Shown: piece by piece, positions 37,566 to 46,871 of the stretch
Layout: each line of letters opens with the position of its first letter
Numbering within the stretch: the first letter of the stretch is position 1
Assembly (NCBI GenBank): GCA_023665555.1
Contig: JAMPDR010000002.1
Location: 2,837 to 66,836, forward strand
Reading direction: 5' to 3'
DNA from: Ruminococcus sp.
Lineage (GTDB): Bacteria > Bacillota > Clostridia > Oscillospirales > Acutalibacteraceae
Length of the DNA stretch: 64,000 nucleotides
Notes under the pieces: generated by a model
Databases searched by the model: none
The model's input: only the letters and a program-made list of their open reading frames with translations
Told to the model about the DNA's origin: nothing
Position numbers and translations under genes: made by a program

Positions 37566-38641
37566 TTCCAAAAATTGATAAGATTACTGGAAATCCGACT
37601 TTTATTACGTCGGATTTCGATGAACCTGTTTTATATACGCCTGCGAGAACTGAGTTTTCGCAACCTTGTTCGTCTTTGAAGATTGTTACTGCTTTTACAG
37701 ATTGTGATCGAATATCGACGCATATGATCAAACTTGCGGAAGGCATGAAAAACAGCCGTCTGATTAAAGGTCTGTCGGTTGAAATCATACTTGGCATGAC
37801 CAAATCCAGCCTCTCTCAGAAAAAGCACGAAGATATCTGTCGTATGATTCGATTTCTTAATGCATCCAAAGGGATGCCAAAAATCTCTTGCAGATATATT
37901 TGCCAAGGTTCAGAAGTGCATTCGAAAGTGTATATTTGGACATCTCCAGATGAGCGTGTAGGAGATATGCCCTATATCGCTTTCTGTGGTTCTTTGAATT
38001 ATACTATGAACGCTTTTTACAAGCGCAGAGAGTCTGTCAGCATGTGTAACTCTCTTGAGGCGTATTGGTATTATAAGAATCTTCTGCCCGATACAATTGA
38101 TTGTTTTGATCCTTCAGTTTCTGAAAAATTGAAGAATGTTATCAACAATACAGCAGAAAATTTTGTTGAGCCAGATAACTCTGAAAAAGATTATCTCGTT
38201 TACGATAAGGAAACGCCAGTCGATACGCTCAATGTTTCTCTTTTGCGAGCGGACGGCAGTGATACAGGATACGGCTCGGGTATCAACTGGGGCATCCGTA
38301 AAAATGGAACGAAGCGCGATCAGAACCAAGCCTATATTCCGTATAATCATAAAGATAAAAAGGCAGGCTTTTTCCCAGATAGAGAGCATCCCGATGATGA
38401 AAACTGCCCGATGTTTAAGGTCATCACCAAAGATTTTGGCTCTTTCCATATGCGAATGGCACAGCAAGGCAACAAAGCTTTGCACAGCGTAGAAAGTAAC
38501 GCAATTTTGGGTGAATGGATTCGTAAAAGAATTGGTGCGCCTGCAGGCGGTTATGTTACTAAACAAATGCTGGAACTGTACGGAAAAACGTATGTTACTT
38601 TCAGAAAATATGATGATGGAACATATCTTTTGGATTTTTAA
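37562..38641 (+). CDS. Candidate restriction endonuclease (called by position only)
   Basis: 359-aa ORF translationally coupled to MTase 1 (ATGA overlap) and sandwiched between two m5C MTases. No motif recognisable by eye. Confidence 0.4.
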   Translation: MIPKIDKITGNPTFITSDFDEPVLYTPARTEFSQPCSSLKIVTAFTDCDRISTHMIKLAEGMKNSRLIKGLSVEIILGMTKSSLSQKKHEDICRMIRFLNASKGMPKISCRYICQGSEVHSKVYIWTSPDERVGDMPYIAFCGSLNYTMNAFYKRRESVSMCNSLEAYWYYKNLLPDTIDCFDPSVSEKLKNVINNTAENFVEPDNSEKDYLVYDKETPVDTLNVSLLRADGSDTGYGSGINWGIRKNGTKRDQNQAYIPYNHKDKKAGFFPDREHPDDENCPMFKVITKDFGSFHMRMAQQGNKALHSVESNAILGEWIRKRIGAPAGGYVTKQMLELYGKTYVTFRKYDDGTYLLDF

Positions 38642-38662
38642 TCTTTGAATGGGGGACAAGTT

Positions 38663-39604
38663 ATGCCGAGTGTATGTAGTTTGTTTAGCGGAATAGGTGG
38701 AATCGATCTTGGTTTTATACAAGCTGGATTCGACATCGCATGGGCAAATGAAATAGATGTCGCCGCTTGCAGAACCTATCGTCATAATTTTCCAAACGCC
38801 AATCTTATTGAAGGCGATATAAAGAGGATTTCAACTTCTGATATTCCAGACTTTGATGTGTTGACGGCAGGCTTTCCTTGCCAACCGTTTTCCATTGCAG
38901 GACTTCAAAAAGGATTTGAAGACCGAGACGGGAACTTGTTTTTTGAAATAACGAGAGTTATTGACGCTAAAAGACCGAAAGTGGTTTTCTTGGAAAATGT
39001 TCCGAACTTAATGGAACATAATGACGGCAAAACTTTTCTTGTAATATTCAACAGTTTAGCACAGTTTGGATACACCGTGTATTATAGAGTTCTTGCATCC
39101 AATGATTACGGTAATCTCCCGCAAATACGAAAGCGTATTTATATCGTTGCAATTCGTGAAGATATGGGCAATCGTCTATACCAATATCCAGAGCCGATAG
39201 AACTCACTTTGAAATCCAGTGACATTATCAATCGCTCTGCAAAGCAACACGACATTTATTACTACACAGAAGGCAAAATGTATGATCGATTAGTTGCACA
39301 CATGAAGGATCACAAAGCAATTTATAGAATAACTGACACAGAAGTACGCTGGACGAAGAATCAAATGTGTCCGACTCTTACCGCCAATATGGGAACACAC
39401 AAAGATAGAGTGCATGTTGTGTGGGACGATTACGGAATACGAAAGATTACATTGAGAGAAGGTCTGGACTTTCAAGGTTTTCCGAAAGAGTTTTATTTTC
39501 CGAATACAATAACTATTGATGATGCGTATAAGCAGATCGGAAACTCTGTTTGTGTACCTGTTATTAAAAGAATAGCGACTGAAATAAGGGAATTAGTAAC
39601 GTGA
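38663..39604 (+). CDS. DNA (cytosine-5)-methyltransferase 2
   Basis: Motif I LFSGIGG, motif IV GFPCQPFSIAG, motif VI VVFLENVPNL, motif X KQIGNSVCVP. An alternative ATG at 38645 is possible. Confidence 0.85.
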   Translation: MPSVCSLFSGIGGIDLGFIQAGFDIAWANEIDVAACRTYRHNFPNANLIEGDIKRISTSDIPDFDVLTAGFPCQPFSIAGLQKGFEDRDGNLFFEITRVIDAKRPKVVFLENVPNLMEHNDGKTFLVIFNSLAQFGYTVYYRVLASNDYGNLPQIRKRIYIVAIREDMGNRLYQYPEPIELTLKSSDIINRSAKQHDIYYYTEGKMYDRLVAHMKDHKAIYRITDTEVRWTKNQMCPTLTANMGTHKDRVHVVWDDYGIRKITLREGLDFQGFPKEFYFPNTITIDDAYKQIGNSVCVPVIKRIATEIRELVT

Positions 39605-39605
39605 A

Positions 39606-39800
39606 ATGCAGGAAAGCAGGTGTCTCAGATTTATGGATCGACATACGCCTGAACAAAGGCGCAAGAATATGCAGGCAATAAAAAATAAAGATTCTGAAAT
39701 TGAGATTCTGTTAAGGAAAGGGATTTGGAGTCTAGGTCTGAGATACAGAAAGAATGTAAATAAAGTATTCGGAAAGCCTGCGGTATTCGGGCAGACCGAC
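39606..39800 (+). pseudogene. vsr: Truncated very-short-patch repair endonuclease (vsr), N-terminal 60 aa only
   Basis: MDRHTPEQRRKNMQAIKNKDSEIEILLRKGIWSLGLRYRKN...GKPAVF matches the Vsr N-terminus. The catalytic FVHGCFWHGH region is absent in all frames downstream. Confidence 0.55.
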
Positions 39801-40205
39801 AATATCGAGCGGAGGGGATACTTCATAAAGGGATACATATTCACGGATAGAGTTTGCCGCATCACTGATGGAAACAAGCGCTGACCGATAGCTGTCTCTG
39901 ATCTGCCCGTCCTGATTCCAATACAATTTATTCTTTTTGCCTGCAATGCCGAGTGGGATTCCGTTTGCAAATATATGAAGCTTTCCGCTTTCATCGTCCA
40001 TTTGCCCCGTGCAATGGAATTTGGGCAACTGCCGTAGTAACTCGCGCTGATAAATTGTCATTTTCTTTTTCCTTTCAGATTTTAATATTTTATCGGTAAA
40101 CGGATGCTTTACGATGATGGGACTGTGCGGAGTTGTTTCTATATCCAGAGTCAAAAATGTTTGCATCAATTCTTTTATGCCTAGCATATCGGTTTGTTTT
40201 TTCAT
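39732..40205 (-). CDS. Hypothetical protein X-prime, paralogous to 42213..42968 over its first 40 codons
   Basis: Shares FLTLDIETTPHSPIIVKHPFTD and about 110 bp of coding DNA plus about 200 bp of upstream leader with gene X, then diverges. The 3' end overlaps the vsr remnant and may be fortuitous. Confidence 0.4.
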   Translation of the reverse strand: MKKQTDMLGIKELMQTFLTLDIETTPHSPIIVKHPFTDKILKSERKKKMTIYQRELLRQLPKFHCTGQMDDESGKLHIFANGIPLGIAGKKNKLYWNQDGQIRDSYRSALVSISDAANSIREYVSLYEVSPPLDIVGLPEYRRLSEYFIYILSVSQT

Positions 40206-40428
40206 TCTGTCAGCTCCTTTCGGGCAATAAAAAAGACAGATAGATTTTTACTTCTATCTGCCTGATTTGGTTGATATTCTGTTGTCGTGAGAGTTCGAAA
40301 TATTCCGGAAAGAGAAAATAGCTTTTTATCTACGGAATTAACTCTCGAAAAAAATGTCGTCTAAAACGACAAAACCCCCGATAAAATCGAGGGTTTCGGA
40401 GACAACAAAGATATGTCTCTTGATGTCT
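40040..40428. repeat. Imperfect direct repeat, left copy (gene 5' end plus hairpin-rich leader)
   Basis: About 80-90% identical to 42780..43166 by eye, including the hairpins GCAGATAGA...TCTATCTGC and GCCCCGAT..ATCGGGGC and a terminal TGTCTCTTGATG. Confidence 0.65.
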
Positions 40429-40535
40429 AATCACTATAAAAAAGATATTTTCGGCGTTTCGGTGTGCAGATTTGAACTCTCACCGATAATCTCTTGAGTT
40501 TTCAATTTCGGTGGCGGCTGTGGTTAGCCGCTTTT

Positions 40536-41264
40536 TTAGTTGAGAGGTTCAGTTACTTCAAGTCCGCCGACGAATACCACCTTTATCGTTTCTTTGGATT
40601 CTACGATTACGCATTCAAGTATCTGTCGGATGATTTGGTTGTCATAAGTCATCGGATGATTTTTCAGTCCGTCGAGTATGGTATAAATCTCATCGAGCCG
40701 GGACTTTGCATTTTCACGCTTTTGTCTGGAAGCGCCGATTTGTTCAAGCTGTCCGAGCAGCTTGTTTTTTTCGTTCATAAGTTCTGTTGCTTTGCTATCG
40801 TCGAAGGTATCGGCCGCCTGTGCGGATACCGCTTGCAGCATGGCTTTGAATTCTGCGTCGATCTCAGCGATCCGTATTTGTATGTCGAGACTTTTATCCT
40901 CTGTTTCTTCGGTGTCAAGTCCCATACCGATGTGCAGTTTAAGAGTTTTCAGCACCTCGGTGTTTTGCTTGCATTTCTTGATCATCTTGTTGAATTCATC
41001 GCGCTTTTTGATGCTTGTTCCGGTGATTCCCTTATCGGCATAGATTCCGACCAGCGTCCATTTCGGTTCGCTTTGAATTCGCTCGGTGTAGTGCTTGACC
41101 TGTACTTCGTAGCTGTTAAGCTGTTCTTCCTGCTTGGTGGACATGCGGCAGTAAGCCGCTACCCGAAGCTGTCGGTATTCTTTCTTTAGCTGCTTGGCTG
41201 TGTCAATAGTCGGCTGTATTTTGCGTACTATTTTCGCAGGCTGTTGTACTGCTGTTGATTCCAT
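40536..41264 (-). pseudogene. Large serine recombinase remnant (catalytic-domain N-terminus joined to coiled-coil/C-terminal tail, internal deletion)
   Basis: [22 protein letters not shown]...YADKGITG is the resolvase catalytic N-terminus. It then jumps to a coiled-coil and a typical tail ...[26 protein letters not shown]. The rest of the catalytic domain and the recombinase domain are missing. Confidence 0.6.
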
Positions 41265-42117
41265 CGCTTTGCTCCTTTCCGATTTGCTGACCGTTTGTTA
41301 ATGTAAGGATAACCGAGCCGTTCTCGCAGAGCCGAAGCTCGCTGACGGTTCTGCCGAATAGCTCGCCTGAAAAATCGGAAAGCGGACTCGCATTTGCAAA
41401 GTCCGCTTTCAATCGCTTGGCTATATACACTGCATTGTCAATGTTCTCATATTTGAGAGAGACACTCTGCAGCAGTTGTTTTCTTAATGTTTCCTTTTGG
41501 ATGGAGTAGCCTTCGAGGGTTCTGCCGATCTCGTTATTCATCCTGCGAAGCTCTGTGCTTGGTTCCTGCACTGCGGGATTTGGTATGTGTATTCCTTCAG
41601 ATTCGGCAATGACTCTATTCAGAAGCTCGGTGATCGCTCTGAGCAGTTCTTCATCAGATACGGCAATCAGCTTCCGGCAGTCATCCTTTTTGCAAATCCA
41701 TCGCTGACCGCTTTTAACTCGTCTGTCACTGCGGCGATGCATTTCACTTCCGCAGACAGGGCATCTGACGAGTACGGTGATCTGAAAGATATCCGCTTTC
41801 CGATCTACACTTTTCTGCGTGTTTCGCGCATCTTTGATTTCCTGAACGGCGTCATATGTTTCCTGTGTGATGATTGCAGGATAGGTGTCGTTTCCGAGAT
41901 ACCGTTCATTTTCAAGAATATGCTTGAGCCTCGCTTTGTTCCATCCGATGATGCCGGGCATGAATTCGATGCTTTGTGCGTTGAGTTCGGCTGCGATATT
42001 CAGCAGGGACTTGCCCGATAAGTAGCTGTCGTAAATCTCTGTGACGATTGTCTGCTCCTGCGGTTGAATGGCTATGTTGCCTTTTTCGAAGCAGTATCCG
42101 TATGGCAGGTTCTTCAC
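41203..42117 (-). pseudogene. Large serine recombinase remnant (recombinase domain, zinc ribbon, coiled-coil and tail; no catalytic domain). GTG start.
   Basis: PYGYCFEKGNIAIQPQEQ...GKSL..IA..LN recombinase domain. RCPVCGSEMHRR...WICKKDDC zinc ribbon. C-terminal tail ...[16 protein letters not shown]. Upstream, in another frame, lies an excisionase-like HTH start MEYISVSEASEQWNVTKRWVQRLCEE (42187). Confidence 0.6.
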
Positions 42118-42212
42118 ATAATCTCTGCACCCATCGCTTTGTTACATTCCATTGCTCCGATGCTTCGGAAACTGATATATATTCCATAGGACACCTCCAC
42201 AGTATAATGCGC

Positions 42213-42968
42213 TTACGATGATTTCTGCACCTTCCTTGCTTGCTCCTGATATTCGGTTATATTCATCAAATACTTCGGATCGACAACGATTTCCGATTCG
42301 TTTCTGCCGTTGAACAGAGCATAGATATGAGCTTTTTCAATCTGCGCCTCATAGACCGTCCCGTCCTCATCGAATCTCTTTGCAAACCACTCGGCGGTGT
42401 CGGGATTCAGCGTCCATGACAGAGCCTTCACATTGTCTGCGTTATATGAGGTAATGCCTCTGTAGACGGTCAGCGTATCATCCAAACCCTGAAACTGCTT
42501 GTATTCGTCCTCATCCATAAGACTGGCGGGATCAGCTTGCCGGAAAAGACGAACAAATTCTGCCGTCGTAAAATTCGGATCGTTGTGCGGCGCTTCTGTC
42601 TCCGTCCATACATCCGAGAGAATTTCGGAAAAGTCTTTCTGCGACAGATACGGCTCGGCATATTTCAGAAAGACCATTCGGTATGGTTTTGTGAGAAACA
42701 TAAAAATGTGATGCGGAGCAGTACATTTGCTGATGTAAGTTTTCATCTGTTCTCGCCATCGGAGCAGGGCATTTTCATCTTCCAACAGATTCGACGAGTA
42801 ATCTTTGCCTTTAAATCCTACGAACACCGTATCCGTAAACGGATGCTTTACGATAATGGGACTGTGCGGAGTTGTTTCTATATCCAAAGTCAAAAAGTTT
42901 GCGCCAATTCTTTTATGCTTAACATATCGGTTTGCGCTTTCATTTGACCACATCCTTTCGTGCAACAA
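42213..42968 (-). CDS. Hypothetical protein X (251 aa)
   Basis: Contains LDIETTPHSPII, which loosely resembles a DEDD exonuclease Exo-I motif. Its start is frame-shifted relative to the paralogue by a 1-nt indel. Confidence 0.5.
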   Translation of the reverse strand: MLHERMWSNESANRYVKHKRIGANFLTLDIETTPHSPIIVKHPFTDTVFVGFKGKDYSSNLLEDENALLRWREQMKTYISKCTAPHHIFMFLTKPYRMVFLKYAEPYLSQKDFSEILSDVWTETEAPHNDPNFTTAEFVRLFRQADPASLMDEDEYKQFQGLDDTLTVYRGITSYNADNVKALSWTLNPDTAEWFAKRFDEDGTVYEAQIEKAHIYALFNGRNESEIVVDPKYLMNITEYQEQARKVQKSS

Positions 42969-43166
42969 AAAAGCAGATAGATTTTTTCTTCTATCTGCCT
43001 GTTCTTGCTGTTATTCTGTTTTCGTGAGAGTTCAAACCATTCCGCAAAGGGAAAATAGCCTTTTTATATCTACGGAATTGACTCTTGAAAAAATGCCGCC
43101 TAAAACGGCGAAAGCCCCGATTTTATCGGGGCTTTCGGGGACAATATCTTTTTTATTGTCTCTTGA
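42780..43166. repeat. Imperfect direct repeat, right copy, abutting tRNA-Pro
   Basis: See the left copy. It ends immediately before the tRNA-Pro 3' end at 43167. Confidence 0.65.
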
Positions 43167-43243
43167 TGGTCGAGGCGACAGGACTTGAACCTGCGGCATC
43201 TTGCTCCCAAAGCAAGCACTCTACCAAACTGAGCTACGCCTCG
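43167..43243 (-). tRNA. tRNA-Pro (anticodon TGG), CCA encoded
   Basis: Reverse complement CGAGGCGTAGCTCAGTTTGGTAGAGTGCTTGCTTTGGGAGCAAG...GGTTCAAGTCCTGTCGCCTCGACCA. Anticodon loop TTTGGGA. Confidence 0.9.
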
Positions 43244-43344
43244 TTATTTAATTGTAAAACCACTGATTTTCACAGTGCAAGAAATTATAACCTATTTTTA
43301 TGAATTTGTCAACTGTAAAATTCAAAAGACTTTCCAAAACAACC

Positions 43345-43785
43345 TCAATTAGTCGTTATTGATTCTTCAAGTATACGTGCTGCTTCATATATCTTCTCTG
43401 CACACGGTCTGACTTTGTAATATTCCTCGGTTCTCGCTTCGGGTATCGGGGATTGCTTTGCAGTTTTGTCTAAACCTAAAAGTTCACGGCAAATGATTGA
43501 ACCACTTTCTGCTTTGAAAGTGTCGGCAAACTGCTGAATTTTAGTATATGATGTTGCCCTGTCTGATGCGTTTTCACCGCTGTAAAGCGCACCGAGAACC
43601 ATGGCAGATGCGCTGACTGCTCCGCAGACTTCTCTCATTCTGCCAACACCGCCTCCGAGTCCAATGGATAACCTTTTTGCTGTTAATTCATCAATACCGA
43701 TAATGTCGGCGAACGCAATAAGCACTGATTGTGAACAATTGCAGCCACTCAAAAAATATTCTTTTGCCTTGTCTGCACGTGACAT
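43345..43785 (-). CDS. C_GCAxxG_C_C family protein
   Basis: CNCSQSVL and CGAVSAS motifs spaced as in the PF09719 family. Confidence 0.6.
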   Translation of the reverse strand: MSRADKAKEYFLSGCNCSQSVLIAFADIIGIDELTAKRLSIGLGGGVGRMREVCGAVSASAMVLGALYSGENASDRATSYTKIQQFADTFKAESGSIICRELLGLDKTAKQSPIPEARTEEYYKVRPCAEKIYEAARILEESITTN

Positions 43786-43848
43786 TGATTTACCTCCGCA
43801 TAAAGAAATTGCCTGTCTGCTTATATGACAGGCTTGTTTTGGGCTCGA

Positions 43849-44424
43849 TTATATTTTCTCAAACTGCGTTTTGCTGATTTCTTTTCCAATTATATCGATT
43901 GCCAAATTCCAAACAGTTTCGCCAGCTAATATAACACTTTCGTTGCTCTTTTTTACTGAGCACAGCATGGCAAATGCCTCACCGATATTTTTTGAGATAT
44001 CTCCGCCTTTTTTCAGCGCAAGATAGTAGAACGTGAATGCAGCACCGTCGGAGATGTTTTTAAAAAATCCCGGAGAAAGCTTTTCCAAGGAATTATAAAG
44101 TGAACTGATTGCGGTTGTTGCAAGCTGTTCGGTAGGCACTTTGATTTGCAGACTCGATTCCGCGGCAAAAACAAGAAGCACCTTGATTTGATAAAGTATA
44201 TCCTGTGCAAGAAACTTCGGTGCCAGAACATCTTTGAGATCGACCACAAGTGCATCGCCGTCAAGTGACGGTGTGATGGTTGCAAGTCTTGTTCCGAGTT
44301 CACGCGCTTTTTGAAGATTTCCGTTTGCACGATGGAGATTCATTTTCTCAAAAGCGGCTGCAATACTTGCCGATGTGTTGATATCCATGCCTTTGCTGTA
44401 GATTTTCATGTCGTTATCAAACAT
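43849..44424 (-). CDS. Hypothetical protein
   Basis: 191-aa ORF in an operon-like arrangement with its neighbours. No recognisable motif. Confidence 0.45.
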   Translation of the reverse strand: MFDNDMKIYSKGMDINTSASIAAAFEKMNLHRANGNLQKARELGTRLATITPSLDGDALVVDLKDVLAPKFLAQDILYQIKVLLVFAAESSLQIKVPTEQLATTAISSLYNSLEKLSPGFFKNISDGAAFTFYYLALKKGGDISKNIGEAFAMLCSVKKSNESVILAGETVWNLAIDIIGKEISKTQFEKI

Positions 44425-44451
44425 TGCACAGCCACCTTTCTGATTGATATG

Positions 44452-45348
44452 TTATGCTTTGTTTTTCTCAAGCTTTTTCTGTTTGCGATGCATTTTTGCT
44501 TTATAATTCATAAGTTCTTCAACACAATCTTCGGGAGGACCGTAATCGCCGAGCCTTATCGGATATGCATTATATCCGCCGTGGAAGTCACTTCCACCCG
44601 TCATGAGCAGCTTATGCTTTTTGGCAACACCTTTGAGATATTCCTGCTGTTCCGGTGTGTTTTCCGGATGCCAAACTTCAACACCGTCAAGACCGAGTTC
44701 AATAAGCTCATCCAGCAACTCGAAGTTGTCATAAAAACCGGGGTGAGCAAGGACGGCGATACCTCCGGCTTCATGAATGGCTTCAAGGGTTTCTTCCGGT
44801 GAAGTATATGTAGTATTTACAAGTATGTTATCAGGACTACTCTTTTTGAAAAGAGTGTCAAAAAGTTCACCGAAAATTGTTGTTGTATATCCGCTTTCGA
44901 GAAGCGCCTGCATGATATGCTGCTTGAAAATATTGGTTGATCCTGTGGCACACTTTACGATAAATTCCGCAGAAATCGGGAATTTTTCAGCCGCTCTCAC
45001 CGCCATAACCTTACCTGCGGCTTTGCGCAGGGTTGAGTTCTTTTTGCAAAGACCTTCAAGTCTTTCGGGTGTATCAGGATAATAGCAAAGCATATGAGCC
45101 TTAGACTTCCTTTTCTTATCTGTGCAGGTCAGTTCAACGGCAGGTATAACGTTAATTCCGAAACGTTTACCGATAATTTGTGCTCTGACAGTTCCTGCAA
45201 GGCAGTCATGGTCTGTTATGGCAAGAGTTTTTATTCCGCTTTTTCGCGCAAGTTGAATGATGTCGTCAATACCCATTGTGCCATCTGAAAGTTTTGTGTG
45301 ACAATGTAAATCTGCAATCAAAATTATTCCTCTTTCCCTCTGTATCAT
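44452..45348 (-). CDS. PHP-domain metal-dependent phosphoesterase
   Basis: ADLHCHTKLSDG...ITDHD motifs, as in the TrpH/YciV family. Confidence 0.75.
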   Translation of the reverse strand: MIQRERGIILIADLHCHTKLSDGTMGIDDIIQLARKSGIKTLAITDHDCLAGTVRAQIIGKRFGINVIPAVELTCTDKKRKSKAHMLCYYPDTPERLEGLCKKNSTLRKAAGKVMAVRAAEKFPISAEFIVKCATGSTNIFKQHIMQALLESGYTTTIFGELFDTLFKKSSPDNILVNTTYTSPEETLEAIHEAGGIAVLAHPGFYDNFELLDELIELGLDGVEVWHPENTPEQQEYLKGVAKKHKLLMTGGSDFHGGYNAYPIRLGDYGPPEDCVEELMNYKAKMHRKQKKLEKNKA

Positions 45349-45888
45349 CTGGTTATGCTGCGGTTAAATAAACCCCATATACAACGCAACATAAAACATT
45401 GTAGTAATATGAAACTACAACAAAAAAAGACAAAATAACGCTATGTTAATATCATTTCAATTATACTATTAATTTTTGTTTTTTTCAAGCCTATTTGACA
45501 AAATAAAAGTATAAAAATTAAAATTGGAATTAAGCATTTCGATTTCAATTTTGTAGTAAGCGTTCCCTGTTTGTTTTCAATATGCGATTGAGTCAGCACA
45601 TTCAGTAAGATTGATCCCGCACATTAAATTTTTAATGTAACTTCGGAGATCATTATGGAAATTCCGAAGATTTATCCGGGGCACGTTGCTACTTGTTGTT
45701 CCGATGATACTTATTTGTGACTTTTTTATTCGAAAAGTCAAAAAAACAATTAATAAATTGTCAGAAAAATGATAAAGATACTGATAATAAAGCTTAAAGG
45801 AAAGCGGCGTCAAAGTAATTTGATACTGCTTTCCTTTAATATAATCTGTTTTTGCAAACATGATCTTTTATACCATATTTTTAAATGA

Positions 45889-46608
45889 TCACCAATTTGT
45901 TTCGTCACTTAAAATTTCGTCAAATATTTTCACCATGACCTCAGTCAGACACGCTTCTGCGCGGTTATTCATTTCGGGGTAATCATCCTTTGCAGTGTCG
46001 TCTGCGTCATCACTTATTTTTCGGACTGAAAGCATCGGTACATCGCTTTTTTTGCATACCGCGGCAATAGCGGCTGTTTCCATATCGAACGCTGTCAATT
46101 CAAACAGCTGCTTGAACAATTGTTTTTTTTCGCTGTCTGCAAGAAAAATGTCGCCTGTTCCAAGTCTGCCGCTTTTCATGCCATCAATTTTTTTTGCATA
46201 TGACAGAAGTTTTGCATCAGAATAATGTATATATTCCTCACCATCCGGTTTTATCGCAAGATCATAACCGATTGCACGAAGGTCAAAGTCACATTCAATA
46301 TAGCTTTCACCTGCAACAAAATCCTCCCGCTTAACACCGCTGATTGCACCGGACAAACCTGCGTTGAGAATCCAGTCAACATGATTTTCCGCAATGAGAA
46401 AAGCGGTTGATGCGGCAGCGTTGACTTTACCGACTCCACATTCAACAGCGACAATTTCAAGTTCTTTGTCATCATTTACCATGGTAAATTTAACAGTGTT
46501 GTTCCCGCGCGATACACCTTCTACCGCACCTTTCTGCTTTTTAGCATAGTTAAGAAAAGGAGCGTACTCCATTGAATCTGCAAATAAAATTCCGACAGTT
46601 TTTTTCAT
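45889..46608 (-). CDS. mtnN: 5'-methylthioadenosine/S-adenosylhomocysteine nucleosidase
   Basis: VECGVGKVNAAAST and FDMETAAIAAVC motifs. About 239 aa. Confidence 0.8.
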   Translation of the reverse strand: MKKTVGILFADSMEYAPFLNYAKKQKGAVEGVSRGNNTVKFTMVNDDKELEIVAVECGVGKVNAAASTAFLIAENHVDWILNAGLSGAISGVKREDFVAGESYIECDFDLRAIGYDLAIKPDGEEYIHYSDAKLLSYAKKIDGMKSGRLGTGDIFLADSEKKQLFKQLFELTAFDMETAAIAAVCKKSDVPMLSVRKISDDADDTAKDDYPEMNNRAEACLTEVMVKIFDEILSDETNW

Positions 46609-46836
46609 AGTTAAAATTCCTCACTTCTTTGTGTTATAAAAAATCGGGTTTAATTTTCAATGCTTATATTATATTCCATTTTTTGTGTTGCTGTCAATGA
46701 CCTTAATTTTGCATAAACTATCATTGAGAGATTTTTCTCATGCTTACGCAGTGCTTGTTATTGGTGGCGCAAGCCCACGGGGAGCCAATTCTGCTTTCAG
46801 CCGACACTGCTTGTTATGCCTTTGCCGATAAAATCT

Positions 46837-46871
46837 ATCTATCGGCAAAGGCATTAAGTTTGTATTTTATG
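46837..46871. terminator. Strong 13-bp-stem hairpin (terminator-like)
   Basis: GCCTTTGCCGATA-AAATCTATC-TATCGGCAAAGGC followed by ATTAAGTTTGTATTTT. Confidence 0.5.

Noticed and set aside
40429-40530. Possible tRNA-fragment att site (GATTTGAACTC) at the left end of the direct repeat
   Set aside because: The stems flanking the TTCAAATC-like loop are not complementary, and there is no match to the tRNA-Pro 3' end. This is not convincing as an att duplication.
40494-41189. 231-aa plus-strand ORF
   Set aside because: It is antisense to the serine recombinase remnant, which has clear homology-bearing motifs. It is an artefact.
45645-45710. 21-codon ORF MEIPKIYPGHVATCCSDDTYL with GGAG ribosome-binding site in the mtnN/PHP intergenic region
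   Set aside because: Too short and unsupported. It could be a leader peptide, but there is no conservation evidence.
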